Positions 21,575-35,271 of a stretch of DNA of 64,000 nucleotides are shown here, piece after piece (positions within the stretch are counted from its first letter, which is position 1; each line of letters begins with the position of its first letter). The position numbers were made by a program, and so were the translations under genes. The notes beneath the pieces were generated by a model. The model worked only from the letters and a program-made list of their open reading frames with translations, had not been told where the DNA came from and did not search any database. Location of the stretch: contig NC_135819.1 of the NCBI RefSeq assembly GCF_964213995.1, forward strand, positions 44,454,001 to 44,518,000, read 5' to 3'. This DNA is from Mustelus asterias. Its lineage: Eukaryota.

Positions 21575-23220
21575 TTGCCTACTAAATAGGGAGAGAGAGA
21601 GAGAGATAGAGGAATAAATCTATGGGAGACTCACAGAGATGTAGGAGATCTATAGACTGGTAATGGTGGGGACTCCAACTACCCAAATATCAATTGGGAT
21701 AATGTTAGAGTAAGTAGTAAGGAAGGGGAGGAATTTCTGAAATGTGTTCAGGAGAACTTCCCTGATCAGCACATTCTCAACCCAACGAGAAAGGAGGCCA
21801 TTGCCAGATGTGGTGCTGGGAAATGAGGTGGGCCAACTGGACCAAGTGTCTGTAGGGACATATTTCAGCAATAGTGATCATCATATCATAAGGTTTAGAT
21901 TAGTGACGGAGATGAACAAGGAAAAATCTAAATACAGAATTCTAAATTGGAAGAGGTCTAATTTCTACACGATGAATTCTAACCAGGACATAATGGAACC
22001 AGAGCTTCCAGGAGAAGTTATAAGGGAACACGGGGTGACCTTTAAAGAAGAGATGCCTTTGGTACAGGCTTGGTACATTCCAACAACGGTGAAAGGTAAG
22101 GGAGCCAAAACAGGGCTCCCTGGATGAGAAGGGAAATAGAGATTGTGATGAAGCAAACATGTCACATGATACATGTCAGAAAAATTCATGTCAGTTGAGA
22201 TGGGAGATGAAGAGGAAAAGAAGGGAGGCAAAGGGAGAGTATGGAAATAGAATGGCGGTCAACATAAAAAGAAACCCAAAACTGTTCTACCAGAATGTAA
22301 TTACTCAGTGGCTAGTCAGAAATGTAGTTCGTCTTGTGTCTTGGGGACCAGTTAGCTCAGTTGTCTGGACAGATAGTTTGTGATGCAGAGCGGTGCCAAC
22401 AGTGCAGCTCAGGTTATTCATGAAGGCCTGCTGTCTCAACCTTACCCCTCACCTGAGGTGTGGAGGTCCTCAGGTTAAAATCACCACCAGGCAGTTCTCC
22501 CCCAAGGGGAGAGCAGCCTATGGTCATCTGGGACTATGGCGATTTTATGTCTAATAAGGTTCAAAGAGAATGATATCGACACTTTGAGGTGCAGGTGAAA
22601 GCCAGAATGCTCAATCAGTTATTTGTATTGGTGCTAATAAAGAAAGAGAATCCTGACAAAATATTGGCAGAAACTGAGACAACGGAGACAATAGTTAGTG
22701 TAAGAATTGAGAGGGAGAAGGTTAAGGAAGGCTGCTATGGCTAAGGGTGATGGTTTGGATGACTTGGATCCCAGGTTGCTAAAGAGAGTTGAAGGCTTGT
22801 TTTAATCTTAAACCTTCCTTAGATGGAGCTGGCTTAGGATTTGGAATCCATAATCAGGGAAACATTCACAAACATTTGGAGAGGTTTGGGTTAGTTAAAG
22901 AAAGCCAGCGTGGAATTGTAAAAGGAAGATCTTGCCAGGCAAACTCATTGATATTTTTTGCAAAAGTAGCAGAGGAGTTTGATGAAAGGAATATTGTGGA
23001 TGTTGTCGATATAGATTTTAATCAAATGTTTTGCAAATTTTCACATAAAAGACTGATTAAAAAATTGAAGCCTATGGAATAGAAAGGTCAGTATCCAAAC
23101 AGATAAAAAAAATTGGCTTAAGAACAGAAAGCAGCAAGCGGTGGTAGATGGTTCTATTTTGGACTTGACAACAGTAGACAGTGGTGTTTGCCAGGTGTCA
23201 GTTCTGGGATCACTGTTTGT
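21575..23220 (+). mobile_element. Old, heavily decayed CR1 ORF2 (AP endonuclease plus N-terminal RT) (also ~35751-37397, 49925-51570)
   Basis: GD.NYPNINWD, SDHHIIRF, ESQRGIVKGRSC, DVVDIDF..F..SHKRLIKKL in broken frames. Confidence 0.85.
22342..22548 (+). mobile_element. Short tRNA-headed SINE nested in the old CR1 (also ~36518-36724, 50692-50898)
   Basis: A-box-like gttagctcagttg, interrupts CR1 homology; tail ggtcatctgggactatggcgatttta. Confidence 0.55.
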
Positions 23221-23344
23221 TTAACAATAAAGGAAAAATGAAAAGTTATATTTGCTGCTGAGTCAGTGACAAACCACTCTGAGCGAGAAAACAATCACAT
23301 TTGGAGAGAGACTGGGAGCAAGGTATAAAACTGTTGCTGCTTAC

Positions 23345-23404
23345 CAGGTATGTATTTGGTGGTGGATGTGGTTGTCGTCACTATCTCAGGTTTTGGTGTC
23401 GTTT
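23345..23404 (-). CDS. PTS micro-exon E, (E)TTPKPEIVTTTTSTTKYIP, copy 2 (copy 1 equivalent falls in the gap)
   Basis: ttttctgctttatag|AAACG...ATACCTG|gtaagc; 60 nt; 57/60 identical to exon D. Confidence 0.85.
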
Positions 23405-25843
23405 CTATAAAGCAGAAAACATTTCAACCTGTGAAACCGCTCTGAGTCTCAGATTCTGCTGCATGTCGCTACGCACAGAAGTTGCAAAAAATGAATCCAT
23501 TCACTTTTCTCTTTACTTAACAAAATTATTTTAGCAAATAGGCAATATAATTAATTAATAGCTCTTCAGCCAGGACATCAATTTTTCAAGGTAAGATTTG
23601 CTGGCGTTTGTCACATAGAATGGAGTTCCTGTCAATATTAGTTTTCAATGGACAGTGCAAACCTCTTAGAATAGACAGATGCACATCGACTTGAATTCTC
23701 CACATTAACAGCGGCTCTGACTGTTTCACTTCCCAGAGTCCTCCAGCTCGAAGCTGACCTGACAATGTAGTGTCAGTGGAAGGTCCTAACATTGAAATAT
23801 TGTCCTGGCAACCTGCACCATCATATCCAGATTCATACATAATGCCGTTTCTATTCAACACAGAGCGTGAACTGCAGTCCCTGTCTCTCTTGCTAGACGA
23901 TGACCATCTCCCCCAAGAGACAGAATCTACCCATAGTCCCCCAACAATCAATGGCTTTACCATTGCTGAATTTCCCACTATCAACATCCTGGGTGTTACC
24001 ATTGACCAGAAACTGAACTGGACTGGCCATATAAATACTGTGGCTAGCAGAGCAGGTCAGAGGCTAGGGATCCTTTTGTAAGTATCTCACTTTCTGACTC
24101 CCCAAAGCCTGTCTACCATCTACAACGGACAAGTCTGGAGAAAAATGAAATACTCTCCACTTGTCTGGATGAGTGCACCTCCAAAACATTCAAGAAGCCT
24201 GGCACCATCCAGGACAAAGTTGTCCACTTGACTGCTACCCCTTCAACACACATTTAATCCCTCTACCGCCGATGAACAGTGGCAGCAGTGTGTACCATCT
24301 CCAAGATGCGCTGCATGAACCCACGAAGGTTCCTTAGGCTGCACCTTTCAAACCCATGTTTTCAGCCATCTAGAAGGACAAGGGCAACAGATATCTGGGA
24401 ACACCATCACCTGGAGGTTCCCCTCCAAGTCACTCACCATCCTGACTTGCAAATATATCGTCGTTCCTTGTTGTTGTTGTTGGGTTGTTGTTGGGTCAAA
24501 ATCCTGGAATTCCCTCTCTAACAGCACTGTGGGAGTACCAACACCTCAGGAACTACAGCAGTTCAAGAAGGTGGCTCATCACCACGTTCTCAAGGGCAAG
24601 TAAGGATGGGCAATTAATGCTGGCCAGCCAGTGACACCCACACCCCACAAATGAATTTTTAAAAAATTCTTCATCCTCCTCATTCGAAATGGATTTAAGA
24701 CAGCTACTCTATGTTTGATGACACTTCCAAATAGACTTGTGAGACAGTTTATCATAGTTTAGTTACACAACATTGCCACAGTGGTCCATATAACATCAAT
24801 CTAGCATGTAATTTGACTGCTTGACTCATTTAGCATCAGGTTGTTTCATCAGACTGGTAATTCACTCATCATCTCAAAGATCAAAGGGGGTGAAGAGGGT
24901 GATATTCTGCTATCTGCAAGAGGAGGAGTCACACTGCAGGAAAACTACATTCCACAGACCAACCTACTGAGCACATACCACCAGACTCAGTTTTCTAGTG
25001 GGTATCAACAAAAAACCTGATAATATGGGCTGTACGGTGGCACAGTGTTTAGCAATTCTGCCTCACAGCTCCAGTGACCCAGGTTCGATTCCCGGCTTGG
25101 GTCACTATCTGTGTGGAGTTTGCACATTCTCCCCGTGTCTGGGTGGGTTTTCTCCGAGTGTTCTGGTTTCCTCCCACACTCCAAAGATGTGTGGGTTAGG
25201 TTGATTGACCATGCGGAATTGTTCCTTAGGTGTCAGGGGGACTATTAGGATAAATACTTGGGGTTTTTGGGATAGGGCCTGGGTGGGATTCTTGTCGGTG
25301 CAGGCTTGATGGACCGAATGGCCTCCTTCTATGATTCTTCTATGAAATCCTGTAGCTGAGCTCAGAACAGCGTGAAATAGTCAGAGAGATGGAATGAGAT
25401 GGATTGGCTGTGACTTGCAGTCCATTATATTGCTTTACAACATCAGTATTGACAAAGTGTGACAAACAGGTTGTTCAGTGACAGCATGTTATATATATAT
25501 ATAAAAATAATTTAACATACTCTTCTCATTAGGAGCTGGGCACTCTACGGGATGGTAGTTAACGCTCATTGCAAAAAAGTGTGAACTTGGGAGCGAAAGT
25601 GCTGATTTGCTTCCCATTTGGGCAAACATGATGTCAGGAAGACGATTTGCTAAACAACTTCCAATAAATTACAACTTAACGGTCAAGGATGCAATCACTT
25701 TCCAAGCAAACAATTAGAAAGGGAAATGTGTGTGTAAAAGTGAAAGCTGTATGTTGTTACCCTTCAATGACAGGCCGCATGGAGCTAGTAAACAACCTAT
25801 TGGAGACTAACTTAATGCAAGGTATGAAAGTGTTGTCCCTTAT

Positions 25844-25903
25844 TAGGTATGTAGCTGGTGGTAGCTGTAATTGTAGCCCATGCCAGTGTTGGTAGCATTG
25901 TTT
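25844..25903 (-). pseudogene. Degenerate micro-exon F, copy 2
   Basis: As 11673-11732. Confidence 0.75.
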
Positions 25904-27248
25904 CTGTAGAACAGGAAAATCTTTCAACTTCTTACATTGCACACTGAAGCCCGTAGTATTCAGTTTAAAAACATATATTCTTGGTCATGTGCGGCAGAAT
26001 AGCATTTGTAAAAACGAAATCTATTCACTTCTATCTTAATCTACTCAATAAGATTATTTTGGAGGAAAGGAAAGAGAACCATTCAAAGCGAACAGCCTTT
26101 GCCATCAGAGCATCATTTCCACAAATATAAAGGGTTGTGGGAATTGCTATGTCAATTGGACCATTAATGGAGTTCCTGCAACAATTAGTTTTCAATGGAC
26201 AGTGGAAAGCTTGGGCAGATTTATATTCAACTAGCTATCCAAAAAAAAAAGAGTGGTTTTAAAACACTTGGACAACAATCCTGGCGCTGATACTGGAGCA
26301 ACTCCTCCCAAGGCTCCAACATGATCTTAACAGAGTATACAGGGTCAATGGAAGGGTCTACCATTTAAGCATTTATGCTGTGGACCTGCACTACATTATT
26401 CAGTCACACGTCATGTTACTGCTACTATTCATTATGAATAGGGAGTAAACAGTTGATCATGTCGAGCTAGGCACCAGTCACTTTCTTGATGTGAGTGTGT
26501 CCGCAGTATATTAGTTATAATGCAAAAGAAATTTTAGTCCAAAAAGAGGAGATGGTTCAGGTAAGAGTTAAATAGCATGTGAAACAATGCCGGACAAATA
26601 GTTGAAAATACACTAATCATCTTATTGCTATCCACTTCTCTAATTGACGTATTAGCCCATGTATTTGATATGGACCAATGACTCGATTAAAATGACAGAC
26701 ATTGTCTTATGAATCAGTGCATCTTTTGGGCAGACTATTACTACAATAATTTCTAATTTGGACCTACTATTGCTTTATCAGCTTGATGCATTATCTGTGT
26801 CGGATGTAGGATTTTCACTCATATAGGGCAAGTTTGTCCAAAGTGTTTTTGTTCGAAAAGAGATGTGTATTTTATTTATTCATTCATGGGACATGGGCGT
26901 TGCTGGCTGGCCAGCATTTATTACCCATCCCTGATTGCCTGAGGACAATTGAGAGTCAACCACTTTGCTGTGGCTCTGGAGTCACATGTCGACCAGACCA
27001 GGTAAGGACGGCAGATGACCTTCCTTAAAGGACATGAATGAACCAGATGGATTTTTACGACAGTCGACAATGGTTTCGTGGTCATCGGTAGATTCTTAAT
27101 TCCAGATATTTTTTACTGAATCCAAATTTCACCATCTGCCTTGGCAGGATTCGAACCCTGGTCCCCAGAACATTATAGCTGAGTTTCTGGATTGATAGTC
27201 TAGTGATAATAGGCCATCATCCCCTTTACACGCAAATATCATATTTAC

Positions 27249-27608
27249 CAGGAGTGGTGGTTGTAGAGGTGGTTTCAGGCAGATAGGTTGTTGTCCGTTG
27301 TGTTGTGGTTTGTGGCTCACAGCAAACGCGGATTTGATAATCATAACAAAACTTCCTGTCCAGCGAAGCACTTTCGCTGTAAACACAGACAAGTCCTGTG
27401 TCTTTGTCACAGGTCACATTGTCCGTCGATTCACTTATTGGCCTCTCCGGGTAATCAGCAAATTGACATTGGATTTTATTAATTGCATCAGAAGAGGAAG
27501 GGCACAGTTCATCGCGCATGGAATCCAATAACTCAGAATCGCCTGGGCTGTCCTCAGAAGGCGTCTGATCATTAATCCAAGGAGACCATTCACCGTTACA
27601 TTGCTCCT
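27249..27608 (-). CDS. CysD (WxxW) exon, copy 3
   Basis: Same as copy 1 apart from synonymous CGT>CGC. Confidence 0.92.
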
Positions 27609-29917
27609 CTGCAAAATAAGAAGTCTGGGCTTACTGAACCTGCCTTTAAACAAGTTAATTAACAAGAAATACAAAGATTAAAATGGCACAGCAACCTCTC
27701 TCAATTTGACGCCATATTCTTTCAACGTCATACAGCATAGAAACAGGCCCTTCAGCCCATCATGTCTATGTCAACCATCAAATACCAATCAAAATCATCC
27801 CATTTACCAGTCCTTGGTCATTAGTCTACTGTGCATTCAAGATTTAAGTGCTTGTCCAGATGTTTCTTAAATGTTGCAAGGGTATCTGCCTCCATCACCC
27901 TCTCGGGCAGCGCATTCCATATTTCCATCGCCCTCTGGGTGAATCATCCCCCTCTAAACCACTTACTCCTCACCTTAAACCTATGCCCTCTGGTCTTAGA
28001 CTCCTCTGCCATAACTAAAAGATTCTGAAGATCTATCCTTGCTATGCCTCTCATTATTTTATATACCTCTATCAGATCCCCCTTCAGTCTCCACTGCTCC
28101 AGGGAAAACAAACCCAGCCTATCCAGTCTCTCCTCATAGCTGAAACTTTCCATCCCTGGCAACATCCTGGTGAATCTCCTCTGCGCCCTCTCCACTGCAA
28201 TCACGTTCTTCGACATTGTGACGTCCAGAACTGCACACAATATTCCATCTGTGGCCTAACCAATGTTTTATAAAGTTGTACCAACTCCTCCCTGCTCCGA
28301 TAGTCTATGCGCCGGCTAATGAAGGCAAACATTCTGTATGCCTTCTTCACCATCTTATCTACCTGCGCTGCGACCTTCAGCGTTCTATGAATTTGTACAT
28401 CAAAGTCCCTTTGTTCCTCAATACTCCCTAGGGACCTACCATTCATTGTGTATATTCCACCCTTATTGGACCTCCCAAAATGCATCACCTCAAACTTATC
28501 AGGATTAAATTCCATCTGCCATTGCTCTGCCCAATTTACCAGCTGATCTATATCAGTCTGTAGTCTTAGACTATCCTCCTCGCTATCAACAACACCACCA
28601 ATTTTCATGTCATCTGCAAACTTACTAATTATACCTATTACATTCCAATCCTGCACGGTGGCACAGTGGTTAGCACTGCTGCCTCACAGCGCCATGGACC
28701 CAGGTTCAATTCCGGCCTTGGGTCATTGTCTGTGCAGAGTCTGCATGTTCTCCCCGTGTCTGCTTGGGTTTCCTCCGGGTGCTCCAGTTTCCTTCCACAG
28801 TCCGAAAGAGGTGCTGGTTAGGTGCCTTGGCCATGCTAAATTCTCCCTCAGTGTACCCGAACAGGCGCCGGAGTGTGGCGACTAGGGGATATCCACAGTA
28901 ACTTTGTAGTGTTTATTAGTGTCACAAGTAAGCCTACTTGTGACACTAACAAATAAATTTTAATAAACTTTATTCAAGTCATTAATGTATATAACAAACA
29001 TCAAGGGTCCCAGCACTGATCCCTGTGGTACACCACTGGTCACAGGTTTCCAATCACAAAAGCAACCCTCCTCCATCACTTTTGGCTCCTATTAACAAGT
29101 TAATTTTGGATCCAATTGGCAACTAACCTTGGATCCCATGGGCTCCAACCTTTTGGACCAACCTTCCCTGTGGGACCTCACTGAAGTCCATGTAAACCAT
29201 ATCAACTGTGCTACTTTCCTGAACAGTTGCAGTCCATGTATCCATTCAGTCTCACATTGCAGTTAAGAAGAGTGGTTTTAGGATGTTGACCCCGTGATAG
29301 TGAAGGAATGGTGATATAGTTCCGAATTAGGGTGTGCAGTTGACATTCACTGGGAATAGTGCTTCAGATAACTTATTACATTCCAGCTCCACAATTTCAT
29401 CGCAATGATGCAAAGACGACCAATCCAGTACAACACTGTTCATCTAAGCACTAAGGTGCTTTCCATGTTCATATTCCTACTTCAGAAATCAATGGGTTAA
29501 TTTTCATTTACGTGCGAGAGAGAGAGAAAGAGCGGGGAAATGAAATTCCAGGGAAGAATTTGAGAGTCTATTGAGAGAATTCTTTTCCTGGTTTGAAACA
29601 GAAACCACCCCGATATTTGATAACTGCAGAATTGCTATTTAATAGGAATGTATAATACAATGCCCCCACGTTGCTTGGGCTGCACATAGGATTTGTACCC
29701 TGTTCTGCTAAACATGATGCGAGGAACATAATTTCCTAAAATTGAACCAAAAATTTACAAAATAAGGAACAGCTTTGCAAACATTTTCAAAGCAAACCAA
29801 TTTGAAGTAGAAAATTCAAAGCCACATTTATAAAATAATAAAACAGACCACATAAAGTTAGAATCGAATCCATTCTGAAATAGACTTAGCACAAGATATA
29901 AAATCGCTGCCAATTAC

Positions 29918-29977
29918 CGGTTGTGGTGCTGCTGGTGGGCACGGTTGAAGTTGTTGTCACAATCGGGGTTGTAGTTT
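29918..29977 (-). CDS. PTS micro-exon A, copy 3
   Basis: As 3631-3690. Confidence 0.85.
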
Positions 29978-31364
29978 CTGCAGAGGAGAAAAATATTTCA
30001 ACAGTGCACACTGAGGATTATAAACTTACCTTTCTATTGCATGTAGCTAAGCACAAAATTTCTAAAAATTACACCTATTCAATTGTATACTCAGTACACT
30101 CAATAAACTTAGCGTGGAGAGAATAGAACTACTTAATAACCCACATTCATACACTAATTGCACAAGTGAACAGTTGATGGAATTGTCACATTGATTTGCT
30201 ACAGTGCAGAAAGAGGCCATTCAGCCCATCGAGTCTGCGCCGACCACAATCCCACCCAGATCCTATTCCCATAACCCGACATTTTTACCCTGCTAATCTC
30301 CTGGCACTAAGGGGCAATTGAGCATGGCCAATGCACCTAACCCGCACATCTTTGGACTGGAGGAGGAAACTGGAGCACCCAGAGGAAACCCACACACTAT
30401 TTCAGACAAGCAGTCCTTGAACTTATGACACAACTTGTTCCTGAAAACTATGTCATGTCAAAACATCATAAGTGTGAACTGATTTTCACGTAGGTACACA
30501 ATGATAAAAACAATCAACTGGTTCATGACCACATGTCAATGTTCATCCTTCAGGATTATTTGTGCATCCATGTATTGGTCTCAGGTAGTTGGAAACTTCT
30601 TGTCTGAAGCTATTTGTCAGCCAACAGGTCACTGCAGGAGATTTGACCACATGAATACACTCGCAGATGAGCCTCACATATTTACTGCGCTCTCACTGAA
30701 AGTGTCTGCCTAAACAAGACACACAAAACCAAGACAGACAGCACTGCCTCTCCCACTCTCCGTCCACCCATCGTCCTGTCCGTCTCTGGCCCCATGTCTC
30801 CGCACTGTGGGGTCACATTTTTCCAGGAAAATCGGACAGCGGTTTCACCGATTCCACAGACTTGTTCAGGTTCTGCGACTGAATAATATACAAGGCAGGT
30901 GGCATAGAGCATTGTATTGTCGAAGCCAGCATCGTAAAGCCGAAACAACATGCAGATTTATAAATATCCTAAGTGCCATTCATTTTAATTCGAACATCGA
31001 GGGATGCTTGTCGGGATATATTTGATAATATACACTTCTTGTTTGAAGCTTCGACACTGGGGACATATATCAGTTTATGCAAGTGGATGCACCCTGCAGG
31101 ATTTTACCACAACTGGTACCAAATCCCTAACATACATCTTATTTCCACTAAACAATAAATTAGGAGCCCCATCTCTTAAAAGCTGCGTAAACATTACCAG
31201 AAAACAAAAATAATACATTTTCAAACCAAATAATTAGAATGGAATATCTGTGGTAAAAAGGTGAAAGTTTTATTTCATTACGTATTCAGTGACAGGCCAC
31301 ATGGAGTTAGAAAATAATCCATTTGTGGAAACCGTCTTGATGCAAGTTATTAAACGGCACTTAC

Positions 31365-31430
31365 CCACTTTGGGGGTGGGGGTGGTGGTGGATGCAGTTG
31401 AAGTCGTTGTTTCAATGAGTGGTGTAGTTT
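31365..31430 (-). CDS. PTS micro-exon B, copy 3 (S>P variant)
   Basis: As 5078-5143; TCA>CCA at 31422. Confidence 0.85.
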
Positions 31431-31956
31431 CTACAGAAGTGAAAAATATTTCAAACCATTACACTGAGACTCATCTGTACCAGATTTATATAGACTTACT
31501 TTTCTGCTGCAGGTAGATAAGCATAAAGTTCCTGAAGATTATAGCTATTCTCTTTATCTTAGCGTACCCAATAAATGTACTTAGTGGAGACTGAATAGAA
31601 CTATTTAATGAACCATATTCAATATTCTATTTAGTGTAAGAGTTTCCGGAATTGTTACACGGATTTGATTTCTGATTTGATTTATTCTTGTCACATGTAT
31701 TAGCATACAGTGAAGAGTATTGTTTCTTCCGTGCTAGACAGACAAAGCATACCGTTCATAGAGTACATAGTAGAGAAGGAAAGGAGAGGGTGCAGAATGT
31801 AATGTTACAGTCATAACTAGAGTGTAGAAAAAGATCAGCTTAATGCAAGATAGGTCCATTCAAAAGTCTGATGGCAGCAGGGAAGAAACATTCAAAAATA
31901 ATTAATTTGTGGAGGTAGATTTGGTGCAATTTAATTCAAAAACTGCTGTCACTTAC

Positions 31957-32016
31957 CAGGCATGTAACTGGTGGTGGAGGTAGTTTTAATCATTGTCCAC
32001 GTTAGTGGTACAGTTT
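31957..32016 (-). CDS. PTS micro-exon C, copy 3
   Basis: As 5670-5729. Confidence 0.7.
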
Positions 32017-33456
32017 CTATATCGCAAGAAAAATATTGCTACACCACTCAGTGAGCCTTGCCTGTACCAGGTTTGAAAACATACTTTCCTGCTGCCCGCA
32101 GCCAAGCACCCAAATTTCAAACTTCTGGACACTTTGGTTGGGATTCTCTGATCTCATTCCCCCCCCCCCCCCCACCCCCCCCCCCCCCCCCCCCCCCCAC
32201 CGCTGTCAGCAAGAACAGACAATTTCTGTCGTATGGAGAACGGCTGAGGACTCTGGGTCTGTACTTGTTGGAGTTTAGAAGGATGAAGGGGCAATCCTAT
32301 TGAAACTTACAGGATACTGCGTGGTTTGGATAGGATGGACGTGGAGAGGATGTTTCCACTAGTAGGAAAAACTAGAACCAGAGGGCACAACCTCAGGCTA
32401 AAGGGACGATCCTTTAAAGCAGAGAGGAGGAATTTCTTCAGCCAGAGAGTGGTGAACCTGTTGAACTCGTTGCCACAGAAGGCTGTGGAGGTCATTGAGT
32501 GTCTTTAAGACAGAGATAGATAGGTTCTTGATTAATAAGGGGATCAAGGATTATGGGGAAAAGGCAGATGAATGGGGATGAGAAAACTATCAGCCATGAT
32601 TGAATGGCGGAGCAGACTCAATGGGCCGAGTGGCCTAATTCTGCTCCTATGTCTTATGGTCTAATGGTGCTCAGCCGAAACTCCATTCACTGCAGCGAGA
32701 CCGGAGAATCCCAGCCATGAGCAAAGTAGGAGAATTCTGGCCTTCATCTCAGTCTCGATCACAAAATTATTTCATCAGTTAATCCACAAGGCAAAATAAT
32801 TTGTCAAACCTAATTTGGTAGCCCATTCCACTTAGCGCTGGCCAAAGCTTTCTGGCCCTTCCCGTTGCGGAATCTTCTGGGATCCCACTAACGTCTACGG
32901 TACTTTGTGTGGCTTGCTTGTCCCGCTGTTGAGGAATCTGCCCGGTGGGAGGTTGCCATTGGCAGAACTGGAAGAACCTGCTGGCAGGAACGGCCAGAAT
33001 CCCAGAATTCCTGTCTTTGTCCAATGTTCTGATTGCCCACTGGGTTGATTTGCTGGGCAGATCACACAAAGGCATGAGAGGCACATGCAGAACTGGAGTG
33101 TACGTCATGGGCATGGCTGCCAACACTGGATGACAGCAGCAGTGGGTGCAGGGAGATGGTGGAGTAAGAAGGTAAAGAGAGCCTAGCTCTCTAGACGGAC
33201 ACACGAGGACGGCCTCAACCGGGATATTGGGTTCATGTCACACTATTTGTAACTCCCACAGTTGCGTGGACCTGCAGAGTTTCACTGGCTGTCTTGTCTG
33301 GAGACAATACACATCTTTTTAGCCTGTCTTGATGCTCTCTCCACTCCCATTGTTTTGTTTCTTAAAGACTTGATTAGTTGTAAGTATTCGCATTCCAACC
33401 ATTATTCATGTAAATTGAGTCTGTGTCTTTATAAGCTCTGTTTGTGAACAGAATTC

Positions 33457-33501
33457 CCACTCACCTGAAGAAGGGGCTTGCAGCTCCGAAAGCTTGTGTG
33501 G
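33457..33501 (+). ncRNA. Minimal hammerhead motif, copy 3
   Basis: As 7168-7212. Confidence 0.7.
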
Positions 33502-34247
33502 CTTTTGCTACCAAATAAACCTGTTGGACTTTAACCTGGTGTTGTTAAACTTACTGTGTTTACCCCACTCCAACGCCGGCATCGCCACATCATAGATGGA
33601 TCAGGACAGGAAGGATGGTATGTGGGGAGTGGCATGAGATGGGGGAATCATATGGGAGGAGGGGAGAGAACAGGAGGGGATAGCGTGAAAATAAAAAGGG
33701 ATAGCATGGGAAGTTTGCGATTGGGAACAAGGTGGCATGGATGCAGAAGACATAGAAAGAAGGGCTAGATTGGCTGAGAATGATAGGAATGAAAGAAATG
33801 GGATGGGTATGGATATGAGAGGGTTGGCCTGGGAAGGATGGAATGTGGCTGGTAATGGCACAGGAAAGTACTGTGGGAAATGGGAAAGGTACACCATGAT
33901 AGGAGTCACATGAGAAGAATGGAAAGGTCTGGGATAACATACCAAGTGACAGTAAAAATTTCACCACAAAGGCTTTGTTGGTCCATATCATAATACGGTG
34001 GATGTTATAATAAATACATCCTTCTCACTTGGGAGCTTCGCATGCAGTGGAGAAATATGAGAATGAAAGGGCATGGCAGTTGATGCATGTTAGAAATTAT
34101 CTATTATTATCTATCATTCCACGAACTGTTATGTCAGGAGTACAACTTCCTACAAGCTGCATTCAAATTTACAACTTAACGACCAGAGAAACAAATGTTT
34201 TCAAAGCAAACAATTAAAAGGATAATGTGAGGTAGAAAATGAAAGTT

Positions 34248-35130
34248 GAGGAGGTGGGGAGGCTGCAGAAAGATTTAGACAGTTTAGGAGAGTGGTCCAA
34301 GAAGTGGCTGATGAAATTCAACGTGGGCAAGTGCGAGGTCGTGCACTTTGGAAAAAAGAATAGAGGCATGGACTATTTTCTAAACGGTGACAAAATTCAT
34401 AATGCTAAAGTGCAAAGGGACTTGGGAGTCCTAGTCCAGGATTCTCTAAAGGTAAACTTGCAGGTTGAGTCCGTAATTAAGAAAGCAAATGTAATGTTGT
34501 CATTTATCTCAAGAGGTTTGGAATACAAAAGCAGGGATGTACTTCTGAGGCTTTATAAAGCACTGGTTAGGCCCCATTTGGAGTACTGTGAGCAATTTTG
34601 GGCCCCACACCTCAGGAAGGACATACTGGCACTGGAGCGGGTCCAGCGGAGATTCACACGGATGATCCCAGGAATGGTAGGCCTGACATACGATGAACGT
34701 CTGAGGATTGTGGGATTATATTCATTGGAGTTTAGGAGGTTGAGGGGAGATCTAATAGAAACTTACAAGATAATGAACGGCTTAGATAGGATGGACGTAG
34801 GGAAGTTGTTTCCATTAGCAGGGGCGACTAGGACGCGGGGGCACAGCCTTAGAATAAAAGGGAGTCACTTTAGAACAGAGATGAGGAGAAATTTCTTCAG
34901 CCAGAGAGTGGTAGGTCTGTGGAATTCATTGCCACAGAGGGCTGTGGAGGCCGAGACGTTGAGCGTCTTCAAGACAGAAATTGATAAATTCTTGATTTCT
35001 CGAGGAATTAAGGGCTATGGGGAGAGAGCGGGTAAATGGAGTTGAAATCAACCATGATTGAATGGTGGAGTGGACTCGATGGGCCGAATGGCCTTACTTC
35101 CGCTCCTATGTCTTATGGTCTTATCTTGTG
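34248..35130 (+). mobile_element. Young truncated CR1, copy 3
   Basis: ORF 34239-35045. Confidence 0.95.
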
Positions 35131-35211
35131 GTTATATTTGTTAATGAGTCAGTGATAGACCACACAGAGATGGACAGACTTGCAGCAGGGTGTACAACCA
35201 TTGCTGCTTAC

Positions 35212-35271
35212 CAGGTATGTATTTGGTGGTGGATGTGGTTGTTGTCACTGTCTCAGGTTTTGATGTCGTTT
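35212..35271 (-). CDS. PTS micro-exon D, copy 3
   Basis: As 8923-8982. Confidence 0.85.

Larger units (their letters stand above)
12114..26285. repeat. Tandem macro-repeat copy 2 (14172 bp)
   Basis: Anchor positions and repeated ORF set. Confidence 0.97.
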
